This document shows positions 7,949 through 15,526 of a DNA stretch of 64,000 nucleotides, one piece after another (the first letter of the stretch is position 1; each line of letters opens with the position of its first letter). The position numbers were made by a program, and so were the translations under genes. A model generated the notes under the pieces. It did no database searches and was not told the origin of the DNA. It worked only from the letters and a program-made list of their open reading frames with translations. The DNA is taken from IMG/VR virus record IMGVR_UViG_3300046513_000221, positions 186,001-250,000 of that record; one strand, written 5' to 3'.

Positions 7949-9136
7949 CTAGTCTGGCCTCGCTAGGATCAGTTTTCTCTCGGCACGCGTGACGGCTGTG
8001 TAAAGCCATTTACGGTGTACCTTTCGATCTCTAGTCAGATGTTCCTCGATGATGATAGGCTTGTCGTATGAGCTACCTTGACTCTTGTGGCAGGAGATCG
8101 CCTCGGAGAAGTCCACCTTCAGCAGTCCGTGACTCTTCAGGTAATGGCGCTCCTCGTTGGCGTTGTTGAACGCCATGGAACCATCGAAGTAGAGCTTAAG
8201 ATCGATCGCGTTCGGGTTGTCAGTGCTACTGCCAGTGATCGTCGAGATCGGGATGCCGTCCGGACGGATGCAGCGATGCATCAGGCCGACCGAGTCCTTC
8301 AGCGCGAAGGTGTTCTGGTCCTCAGCGCTGGTCATCACCATGCCGTTGAACAGACCACGCTCGTGATCGTTCGCCAGAACCATGACGCGCTCACCCTCGC
8401 CGGGGTAGTTCTTGAACTTGAAGCCCTTCAACTTGCGCATCAGCTTGTTGAAGTAGTGACGCGTCTCGTTCTTACCTGTGATGATCTGGTCTGTCATCAT
8501 CAACAGGTCATCCGTCAGCTCCTCCTCGCGCACCACCAGAACACCGGCACCATACCTGCCGTAGCTGATATTCTTACCTAGCCTGATGTCGTGAGCGAGT
8601 CGGATGATCGGACTGTCCTCCGCCTGACGGTGGATCTTGATCAGAGCGGACTCCGCGTTCTCCATGAACTCCGCATCGCCATCGTCGCCGATAGGAGGCA
8701 GCTGACCGGAGTCGCCGACGTACAGTACCGGGACGCCAAAGCTCTCGATGTCCTGACGCATCGCCTTGGAGACCATCGAGGCCTCATCGACGATGATCAG
8801 GCTGTACAGATCGGCCACTTGGCTCTTGGAGCGACGGTTGAAGACGTAGTCTCCGTTCGGCAATTCCTCGGCCTCGTAGCAGAGGCTGTGGATGGTACCA
8901 GCCTGTGGAACACCCTTCTTGCGTAGTTCGCCAGCGGCCTTGTGGGTGTATGCCACGACCGCGATCTGTTTGTTGGTTCGGAAGTCGTCACACGCGATGA
9001 GAAACTTCATCAGCGCCGTCTTCCCGGTACCGGCGTAGCCCTTCAGCCTCCATGTAGGCTTGAGCTTGTCCGTGTACCACGTTCGTATCTCGAACAGAGC
9101 AATCTCTTGCTCCTGAGTTAAAACGATATCTGCCAT
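7949..9136 (-). CDS. SF1B ATP-dependent DNA helicase (Dda/RecD2-like)
   Basis: Walker A GYAGTGKT, TIHS, IIVDEASMV, GDSGQLPP, IHRQ, CHKSQGSSY, LYTAVTRA. Confidence 0.95.
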   Translation of the reverse strand: MADIVLTQEQEIALFEIRTWYTDKLKPTWRLKGYAGTGKTALMKFLIACDDFRTNKQIAVVAYTHKAAGELRKKGVPQAGTIHSLCYEAEELPNGDYVFNRRSKSQVADLYSLIIVDEASMVSKAMRQDIESFGVPVLYVGDSGQLPPIGDDGDAEFMENAESALIKIHRQAEDSPIIRLAHDIRLGKNISYGRYGAGVLVVREEELTDDLLMMTDQIITGKNETRHYFNKLMRKLKGFKFKNYPGEGERVMVLANDHERGLFNGMVMTSAEDQNTFALKDSVGLMHRCIRPDGIPISTITGSSTDNPNAIDLKLYFDGSMAFNNANEERHYLKSHGLLKVDFSEAISCHKSQGSSYDKPIIIEEHLTRDRKVHRKWLYTAVTRAERKLILARPD

Positions 9137-9226
9137 TTAAGTTCTTTCACCAGTTGCTGGGTGTTGAATCCTCAATTCCTTCGACGCGCTGCGACCAGCG
9201 CCGGATGATTTTGTCGTCAACGTTTA

Positions 9227-9237
9227 TATAATATATG
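9227..9237 (-). promoter_or_regulatory. Putative early promoter CATATATTATA
   Basis: + strand TATAATATATG, oriented toward the helicase; same motif at 11363, 33280, 53659, 63865. Confidence 0.65.
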
Positions 9238-9256
9238 TCCAAAACACGGTTACAAA

Positions 9257-10171
9257 ATGAGCCTAAAATCCATATCAGAAATCTCACGCGACGGTGTGAT
9301 GCGCGGCGTGGTCGTGAGTGTCAACGACCTCCAGCTTGAGGGCCGCGTGGCCCTCCACGTTCCGAAGATGGTCACCAAGTACGATCCGAAGAACGTACAG
9401 GTGCAGTCGCGTAAGAACTCCATCAACACCGACATCATCGCCAACGATGACTTCAAGGATCTTCTATCAGACTCCGTGGAGACGGTCAACTACATCTGGT
9501 TCCGCCCCCTCTTCCGGAGCAGCTTCATGGTGCCGTACGTCGGCATGACGGTACAGTGCTTCTTCGAGGACGGTGATCCAAACAAACCGTACTACTACCC
9601 GCACAACACGACGCTGAACGGCGAGGTCATCCCAATGACCAAGCTCAAAGCGACCGCCGACAAGTACGACGCGGCGACGAAGCCGCTCGTGCATGTGATG
9701 AACGAGTTCCAAGACGGTACCATTGTATACCACAACGAGAACAAGGCGAACAAGCGGTTCGCCGTCACGTTCCAGAACAACCACTCGTTCAGCATCAACG
9801 AGAACGAGAAGGAAAACAGCATTCAACTGATAACGGAGTCCGGCCACGAGCTGGTGCTGGATCAGAAGAATAAGCACATCACGGCCACGTCTGCCGGTCT
9901 GCACATGATCAAGATGGACGACGTGACTAGCACCATCACCGTCAAGACCACCGAGGGCCACACGGTCATCATGGACGATAAGGCAAGCTCGATCGTGGTG
10001 AAGACGATCAAGGGTCACACCATCAGCATGGATGATAAGGGAAAGAATATCCTCATCCAGACCACTGGCGGTCACAAGATCAACATGGACGACGGGGGCG
10101 CGACGATCACCGCCGAGGCAAGCTCCGGAGGCAAGGTGGTCATCGGCAACGGCAAAGTGATGATCAACTAG
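9257..10171 (+). CDS. Baseplate central spike (gp5/VgrG-like OB fold plus beta-helix, no lysozyme domain)
   Basis: RGVVVSVND...GRVALHVP...W..P...PYVG..V.CFFEDGDPNKPYY; 19-aa repeats IxxKTxxGHxIxMDD; ends VMIN. Confidence 0.85.
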   Translation: MSLKSISEISRDGVMRGVVVSVNDLQLEGRVALHVPKMVTKYDPKNVQVQSRKNSINTDIIANDDFKDLLSDSVETVNYIWFRPLFRSSFMVPYVGMTVQCFFEDGDPNKPYYYPHNTTLNGEVIPMTKLKATADKYDAATKPLVHVMNEFQDGTIVYHNENKANKRFAVTFQNNHSFSINENEKENSIQLITESGHELVLDQKNKHITATSAGLHMIKMDDVTSTITVKTTEGHTVIMDDKASSIVVKTIKGHTISMDDKGKNILIQTTGGHKINMDDGGATITAEASSGGKVVIGNGKVMIN

Positions 10172-10223
10172 AAAAAAAAAAGATATCCCATAAGACCTCA
10201 TGAGGTCTTATGGGATGGTTCTT
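10172..10223. terminator. Bidirectional terminator with a perfect 32-bp palindrome
   Basis: ATCCCATAAGACCTCATGAGGTCTTATGGGAT at 10185-10216, flanked by an A-run and TTCTTT. Confidence 0.85.
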
Positions 10224-10268
10224 TCACGACTGGGATCTATCGGTAATTCCTGTACCTTGCGGCAGGAG

Positions 10269-11288
10269 TTACGCTTTACTGAACGCGGAGGTCAGCTCCT
10301 GCAGCTTCTCAGCGGAAGCAGGTGCCGTGCTCTTGCGTTTGTGTTCTGTAGACTTCGGAGTTTTGGTTTGGTCTTTCTTCTGCGACGCGGCTGCGTCTTT
10401 CTGATTGCCAATACCGTCGGTTACCGCAGCTGGGAGGCGGTTCGAAGGAGCCTTGGTCGGCTCCTTTTTCTCTTTTGTCTCGGGGGCTTCAATTTTACTT
10501 GCGACCACCGCTTCCTGGACTTCTTTCGCTTCCGGGAAGTTGAAACGTTTCTGCTTCGGGAAGATCTTGCTGAAGATCTTGGTCAAATCGTCGCCGAACA
10601 GGTCGGCGTGTTGTACGACTACCAGCTCGCCACCGATTTCTTCACACACTTTGATCATGTTGATGAAATGGTACAGAGCGAGGATCTGACGCTTGCGCAT
10701 CCAATCCTTCGGTTGGTCGTTCTCGTCGAGGATAACCTCTTCGATGTACGCTGGGATAACGAAGTGCTGGTTCGGCACGAAGCATTTCACTTCAGGTACG
10801 AACTTGTCTTCGATCAGGTCGGGAGTGGCAGCGCTATGGAAAACGTGAATCGTCACGGCTGACTTCGTGACTACGTGATCCTTGAGGACTGGCCATTCGG
10901 CCTCGTCAAATTCGTGGTAACGAACGTTGACGCCCAACTTGTTGAACTGCTGCAGCAGGAAGGTGCCGATCAACGAACCATGTTGGACATAGATTTCAGT
11001 CGCTTTGGTCAATTGTATCAGTGCATCCATACGGCTGTACGCCTCGTAGAAACGAGCCGCACGGCGACGTTGAGTTTCGCTGAGCGCAGGACGGTTGAAC
11101 TGTTTTTCACCATTGTCCTTCTGGTGACCGCGCTGTTCAGACGCTTTGTTAGCTGGCTTGCCAGCGATGACAGCTTTCATGAAAACAGGAATTGCAGCAC
11201 GTTCGCCGCGCCGGAAAGGGGTGAGGACAACATCCGCTTTCGCGTGCTGACTATCAGGTGCTTGTTTCCAGAAAGTGTTGATTTTCAT
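10269..11288 (-). CDS. Hypothetical protein (likely early), Lys-rich C-terminal tail
   Basis: Long ORF; ATG 11288 with AAGGGA RBS (ORF extends to GTG 11339); early motif upstream. Confidence 0.7.
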   Translation of the reverse strand: MKINTFWKQAPDSQHAKADVVLTPFRRGERAAIPVFMKAVIAGKPANKASEQRGHQKDNGEKQFNRPALSETQRRRAARFYEAYSRMDALIQLTKATEIYVQHGSLIGTFLLQQFNKLGVNVRYHEFDEAEWPVLKDHVVTKSAVTIHVFHSAATPDLIEDKFVPEVKCFVPNQHFVIPAYIEEVILDENDQPKDWMRKRQILALYHFINMIKVCEEIGGELVVVQHADLFGDDLTKIFSKIFPKQKRFNFPEAKEVQEAVVASKIEAPETKEKKEPTKAPSNRLPAAVTDGIGNQKDAAASQKKDQTKTPKSTEHKRKSTAPASAEKLQELTSAFSKA

Positions 11289-11361
11289 GAGGTAGATCCC
11301 TTCTTTGTATTGTTCCCAGTTTTGGTGTAGCGATATCACTATCTCTGCATGATACCGTCAA

Positions 11362-11371
11362 TATAATATAT
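11362..11371 (-). promoter_or_regulatory. Putative early promoter
   Basis: + strand TATAATATAT. Confidence 0.6.
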
Positions 11372-11441
11372 CAGCGATTCGACCGTAGATTCGAAATGTG
11401 AACTTCTCTATAGTCGATCACTAAAATTGCTGTTGGAAAAC

Positions 11442-12197
11442 ATGAAAAAACTCAAACAGAAAAAGATAACAGTCGTCAACGACGACGCCGAAGAGCCGGT
11501 CGAGGTAGTGACCCCTAAGGCGAAACCCACCAAAGCGAAGTCAGTAAAGATGGACATCGAGAACATCGATGCACCGGATGACAACGTGGAGATCCTTGGC
11601 AAGAGCCAAGCGTACTCGCTCGCGATGTACGTGGACAAGCAGATGGACCCGAAGCTGTTCATCAAGTTCATCAAGCGTGTCGAGCGCCTCGTCCGTGGCA
11701 ACGTGGACTACAAGCTCTACCTCGACTACCTCCGCGAGGAGCGCGGTCTGAACAAGTGCGCTATCTTCCACAACGTCACATCGCAGCGCGCCGAGATCCA
11801 GCTGCACCATGTCCTGAGTAACCTGTACACCATCTGCATCACGGTGTGCAACCGCCTACTCAGCACCGAAAAGAAGGTCTCGTCCTTCATTCTCGCCGAT
11901 GAGGTCATCCGTCTGCACCTTGAGGACAAGATCGCACTGGTTCCTCTGAGCACCACCGTCCACGAACTCGTACACGCCGAGAAGATCCAGATCCCCAAGT
12001 CCCAGATCTACGGCAACTACGCCGCGTACTACGAACAGCACGAAGCCTTCATGGATGACTATGAGAAGGCCATCTATTCGAACAACGAGAAGCTACTGAT
12101 CATCGACCGCGAGGTCGTTTCCGAGCTTGAATATAAACCATCCGGCTCATCCGCAGCCGCCAACGAAGTAGAGGAAGCCGAAGATGAATCTGAATGA
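11442..12197 (+). CDS. Conserved jumbo-phage protein with His-rich HNH-like motif; paralog of 13305-14039
   Basis: YL.YL..E..L..C.....IQLHH...LY.I......EV..LH....VPL.TTVHELVH. Confidence 0.55.
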   Translation: MKKLKQKKITVVNDDAEEPVEVVTPKAKPTKAKSVKMDIENIDAPDDNVEILGKSQAYSLAMYVDKQMDPKLFIKFIKRVERLVRGNVDYKLYLDYLREERGLNKCAIFHNVTSQRAEIQLHHVLSNLYTICITVCNRLLSTEKKVSSFILADEVIRLHLEDKIALVPLSTTVHELVHAEKIQIPKSQIYGNYAAYYEQHEAFMDDYEKAIYSNNEKLLIIDREVVSELEYKPSGSSAAANEVEEAEDESE

Positions 12198-12504
12198 AAT
12201 GATCCAGTACCTGCTGCTCGACGAGCAGTACGATCTGCTGAATGAGAAGGCTAAGAGCGACTTCGAGAAGCTCAAGGACAACAAGGTTGCTCTGACTGAC
12301 GATGAACGCGCACAGTGCATGAGCTCCAAGGCTGTCTGGCACTTCCACCCTTCCAAGAAAGCTACCCCGGCTGTGTGGAAGTCGGTTCATCCGGAGACGA
12401 AGAAGGTGACTTTCGTTACCAACACTCATCGCGCTTACAACACGGCACCGACTCTGAAGGGAGCGATCAGTCGCTTCCACAGCTTCATCAAGAGCACTGC
12501 CTAA
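12184..12504 (+). CDS. Conserved small phage protein of unknown function
   Basis: Strong codon bias; PAVWKS...FVTNTHRAYN.APTLKGAI.RFH.FIKSTA. Confidence 0.75.
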   Translation: MNLNEMIQYLLLDEQYDLLNEKAKSDFEKLKDNKVALTDDERAQCMSSKAVWHFHPSKKATPAVWKSVHPETKKVTFVTNTHRAYNTAPTLKGAISRFHSFIKSTA

Positions 12505-12515
12505 AAGGAACTGCT

Positions 12516-12656
12516 ATGAAATCCGTCCAAGAGTTCATGAAGGAGCTGGAGTACGAAGAGGTCAACAACAACCTCAACGAGCGCTACATCGGTATGGACG
12601 TCGGCACTATGCTGTCCCATCTGGTCAGCGACGATTCCGCGAAGCAAGAGAAATAA
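12516..12656 (+). CDS. Small hypothetical protein (46 aa)
   Basis: AAGGA RBS, ATG 12516, phage-like codon usage, ends at terminator. Confidence 0.6.
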   Translation: MKSVQEFMKELEYEEVNNNLNERYIGMDVGTMLSHLVSDDSAKQEK

Positions 12657-12696
12657 AAAAAGATTGGAACTACCCCACGCAGGGGTAGTTCCGCTT
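12657..12696. terminator. Bidirectional terminator
   Basis: GGAACTACCCC / GGGGTAGTTCC with A- and T-tracts. Confidence 0.8.
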
Positions 12697-13220
12697 TATA
12701 CCCAATCACGCAGCAGCGCCACGGCGTGCTTCAGTGGGACGAAGCTGAAGAGCTTCATGATCGAGACATTGATGCCGTTGGTGTTCCGGCGCGACTTGAG
12801 TTCTTCCAGATACGTCCTGTGTCCTCCGGGGAAGTGTCCGTTGTAGCCGGTGAAGCCGCGCCCCATACCTCCCGGAACGTTGGAGTTGTAAGAGGAATGG
12901 TTGGACGGAGCCGGGTTGTTGTACATACTGTAGCTTTGGCTCTGTCCCATTCCGCGCTGGACGATCTTCTCGTTCTCCTCCTCGGCCTCGATCTGCCTCT
13001 CCAGCTCCTTGTCCTTCAGGTAGACCGTGGTCAGCAGGTGGCTGTTCCGCACCACGTACTCCGTGTTGGCGATCAGCCAGCGGTACAGCTCGCCACGGCT
13101 GCGGAAGACTACTCCATTCTTCGGATTGACCGGCAAGCGGGTGAAGTCCTTGGTCTGGACGTATTCGTACCCGCAGTCGTACGTCAGGTTCATTCGACTA
13201 CTGAGTTCTTTGGAGTTCAT
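12696..13220 (-). CDS. Hypothetical protein
   Basis: AAGGA RBS, codon bias; low-complexity S/N/G segment. Confidence 0.7.
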   Translation of the reverse strand: MNSKELSSRMNLTYDCGYEYVQTKDFTRLPVNPKNGVVFRSRGELYRWLIANTEYVVRNSHLLTTVYLKDKELERQIEAEEENEKIVQRGMGQSQSYSMYNNPAPSNHSSYNSNVPGGMGRGFTGYNGHFPGGHRTYLEELKSRRNTNGINVSIMKLFSFVPLKHAVALLRDWV

Positions 13221-13265
13221 ATGCACTTCCTTTAGAGTTTACTGTTTAAACGGTACCTTAAGGAT

Positions 13266-13288
13266 AACAATCCTATATTATATATTAA
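13266..13288 (+). promoter_or_regulatory. Overlapping late-type (AACA-N6-TA) and early-type (TATATTAT) motifs
   Basis: AACAATCCTATATTATATATTAA upstream of ATG 13305. Confidence 0.5.
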
Positions 13289-13304
13289 TTTATTCTTCTG
13301 CGCC

Positions 13305-14039
13305 ATGAAAAAAGACGAAGACCAACCCATGAGTGCCGATCATTTCTCTCTATACGGCACATCTGGATTTTACGCGACATACAACTTGGTGGAGAACGAG
13401 AAGGCTCGCACCCGCTTCATCCAAGGCGTCGAGCAGATCGTCCGTGGATCCTTCGAGTACTCGAATTTCATCAAGTACCTGAAGACCGAGGCCAAGCTCA
13501 CGTACTGCGATGTGCTGACGGGCCTGAACGAGGACATCATGAAGGATCTCAGCCTTGAGATGCATCACTACCCGTTCACCCTGTACGACATCACAGAGAC
13601 GGTGCTGATGAAGCACCTGCTGAACAACATGGACTTCACCCGGCTGAGTATCGCCAACGAGGTGATGGACCTACACTTCTCCTTGCAGGTCGGGATCATT
13701 CCCCTGACTCTGACCGTCCACCAGCTGGCGCACAGCGGCGGGATCATCGCGGATCTGGACAACATCTTCGGCAACTACACGAAGTTCGCCGAGGACTACG
13801 AGCTTTTCATCCCCGAACCTGCAATGACGAGGCTGAAGGTCTACGAGTCCAAGAGCAAGAACAAGGCTCTGCTCAAGAACACCAATCGCAACACGCTGGA
13901 ATTCAACCCAGGCCTGTTCGTCATCGACTACGAGCCTACCTCCGGCGATCCGGAAGTTGACCAGTGGGAGAAGGGCAAAAAGCCGCCACCTTGGGATCCA
14001 GTAGCGGCCTTCGGTGAAGACACATCCTATGGAGATTGA
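13305..14039 (+). CDS. Conserved jumbo-phage protein with His-rich HNH-like motif; paralog of 11442-12197
   Basis: FIKYLKTE.KL.YC...LEMHH.PF.LYDI...EVMDLH....IIPLTLTVHQLAH. Confidence 0.55.
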   Translation: MKKDEDQPMSADHFSLYGTSGFYATYNLVENEKARTRFIQGVEQIVRGSFEYSNFIKYLKTEAKLTYCDVLTGLNEDIMKDLSLEMHHYPFTLYDITETVLMKHLLNNMDFTRLSIANEVMDLHFSLQVGIIPLTLTVHQLAHSGGIIADLDNIFGNYTKFAEDYELFIPEPAMTRLKVYESKSKNKALLKNTNRNTLEFNPGLFVIDYEPTSGDPEVDQWEKGKKPPPWDPVAAFGEDTSYGD

Positions 14040-14040
14040 T

Positions 14041-14283
14041 ATGAACGAACAGCAAGTACGAAGGGAATTGGCGGCACAGGTCGCCGCCGGGACCATCAGC
14101 GCGTGCGCCTGTATGGGTGCCGTGTACGGGGAACCGCACTGCCCTTGCAAAATGAAGCAACTCGGTCTCCCCAGCTCACCGGCGCACATCGCCGCCAACG
14201 AGAAGGCGAACGAAGACCTCAAGAAGCTCTTCGGCCCCGGTGGCGTATTTCATCGACCCGCTCCCGCTCCAGAAAGTACTTGA
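14041..14283 (+). CDS. Small Cys-containing hypothetical protein
   Basis: GGAG RBS; CACMG...HCPC; 3' end overlaps the convergent glycosylase gene. Confidence 0.6.
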   Translation: MNEQQVRRELAAQVAAGTISACACMGAVYGEPHCPCKMKQLGLPSSPAHIAANEKANEDLKKLFGPGGVFHRPAPAPEST

Positions 14284-14689
14284 GCATGTGGTCCTCCGGA
14301 GCGATTTCCTGATACCGCATCCCGAGAACGAAGATGCAGTAGGACTCCATAGCGTAGTTGCCGACCTGCGGTAGCTTCATGACGGACTCGAACGAGTGCC
14401 AATCCTCTGCTTCCGAATAGGCTCTCGACAGGGTTCTGATAGCCTGAGTCCTGACCACTCCGAAACCCAGCGGCTTGAGCAGGGTGTAGACCTCCTCGTC
14501 GGAGGCCAGTACAAGAAAGTCCTCCGGACTGGGGAACCTTCTGAATAACTCGACAGCGATAGGCTTCGCCACGCTGCCTCTTGCCCGGCGCACTAGAGTG
14601 GCGCAGACGAGAACCTTCCAAGGATCGTTTGCGTACTCCTCCTGAACCAGCCGGTAACCTTCAGGTACGATATCAGTTCTAGTTGACAT
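14219..14689 (-). CDS. MBD4-like HhH-GPD mismatch DNA glycosylase
   Basis: QE..DPWK.L.....RR.RG, FPSP, LKPLGF..R, HhH LPQVGNYA.ESY.IF, catalytic PEDH, all matching the MBD4 glycosylase domain. Confidence 0.85.
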   Translation of the reverse strand: MSTRTDIVPEGYRLVQEEYANDPWKVLVCATLVRRARGSVAKPIAVELFRRFPSPEDFLVLASDEEVYTLLKPLGFGVVRTQAIRTLSRAYSEAEDWHSFESVMKLPQVGNYAMESYCIFVLGMRYQEIAPEDHMLKYFLERERVDEIRHRGRRAS

Positions 14690-14704
14690 GGCATCGAATC
14701 CTCC

Positions 14705-14717
14705 AACAGTAGCATAG
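14705..14717 (+). promoter_or_regulatory. Putative late promoter AACA-N6-TAG
   Basis: AACA GTAGCA TAG upstream of the 14743-acb2-tRNA-like operon. Confidence 0.6.
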
Positions 14718-14742
14718 CAATTTCATATTTGGATCACACAAA

Positions 14743-15078
14743 ATGTTCGGATTCCTCAAACGTAAGCCGGTAGCTCCACCTCCGCTTCCAACCTTCGACT
14801 TCGAGAAAGATACCCAGTATCTCTTCTCGATGATCGCGACCTACATTGAGAGCGAGAAGTTCAAGCTCCGGATTCACCAGAAGACCCTGATGACGGACAA
14901 CGACATCACGGAGATCTCCGTGGCGCTGCTCACCAGCGTCATCGAGTCCATCGCGGAGCCGTATCGCCGCATGCTCACCAAGTACATTCCCGATGAGAAG
15001 ATCGACGACTTCATCGCCGAGATCATCATCCGCAACATGGTGGAGGCAGGTATCACCATCAACCAATCGACAGTGTAA
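14743..15078 (+). CDS. Hypothetical protein with amphipathic N-terminus MFGFLKRKP
   Basis: Strong codon bias; first gene of the acb2 operon. Confidence 0.75.
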   Translation: MFGFLKRKPVAPPPLPTFDFEKDTQYLFSMIATYIESEKFKLRIHQKTLMTDNDITEISVALLTSVIESIAEPYRRMLTKYIPDEKIDDFIAEIIIRNMVEAGITINQSTV

Positions 15079-15087
15079 GGAGAAAGC

Positions 15088-15396
15088 ATGGACAACCAGC
15101 ATCAAAAGATTTCGGGTTACAGGGACTTCGGTCAGGAGACCATCGATAAGATCAACGAGATCAAGGGTCTGGGCAACGGCCAACTGAAGCCCCTGATCGA
15201 CCGTCTGATAGCCGACCACGGCGCAGAGCTGCACCAGACGATCGGTATGCAGACCTCGATGACCGAGGAAGAGTACCTCGCCAAGATGGCCGAATTGGCC
15301 GACGCAAGCAAAAACATGGGAACGGCACAGGAACATCTGCGTATCGGTTTCATGATGCTGATCCGGGTGGTCGCCCGTCCGAAGACCGAGTACTAA
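15088..15396 (+). CDS. acb2: Anti-CBASS protein Acb2 (cyclic-oligonucleotide sponge)
   Basis: MDNQHQKISGYRDFGQETIDKINEIK...GFMMLIRVVARP closely matches Acb2 (MDNQH.KI.GYRD..Q..ID..N..K ... G.M..IR..A.P); Y11 and K26 present. Confidence 0.9.
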   Translation: MDNQHQKISGYRDFGQETIDKINEIKGLGNGQLKPLIDRLIADHGAELHQTIGMQTSMTEEEYLAKMAELADASKNMGTAQEHLRIGFMMLIRVVARPKTEY

Positions 15397-15403
15397 GATC
15401 AAC

Positions 15404-15479
15404 GGGGCGTAACTGTCACATACGGGAGACAGCGGGTGAAATACTCGGGCGCAGGGTTAAACTCCCTCACGCTCCACCA
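15404..15479 (+). ncRNA. 76-nt tRNA-like RNA with alanine acceptor identity (G3:U70, A73, encoded CCA) and atypical anticodon arm
   Basis: GGGGCGT / ACGCTCC-ACCA acceptor; CTGTC/GACAG D-stem; CGGGT/ACTCG anticodon stem; AGGG-TTAAACT-CCCT T-arm. Confidence 0.65.
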
Positions 15480-15526
15480 AAAAAGAAAGCACCTTGACAC
15501 CGAAATGGCGTCAAGGTGCGTTTCTT
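15480..15526. terminator. Bidirectional terminator
   Basis: GCACCTTGAC / GTCAAGGTGC with flanking A/T tracts. Confidence 0.8.

Noticed and set aside
7944-7957. Perfect 14-bp palindrome CCAGACTAGTCTGG over the helicase stop codon
   Set aside because: Single occurrence; a palindrome of this length is only mildly unexpected in 64 kb and no second site was found
15404-15479. Calling the element a standard tRNA-Ala or tRNA-Phe
   Set aside because: Acceptor identity (Ala) and loop (AAA/GAA) disagree, and U8, U33 and C56 are missing; reported as tRNA-like instead
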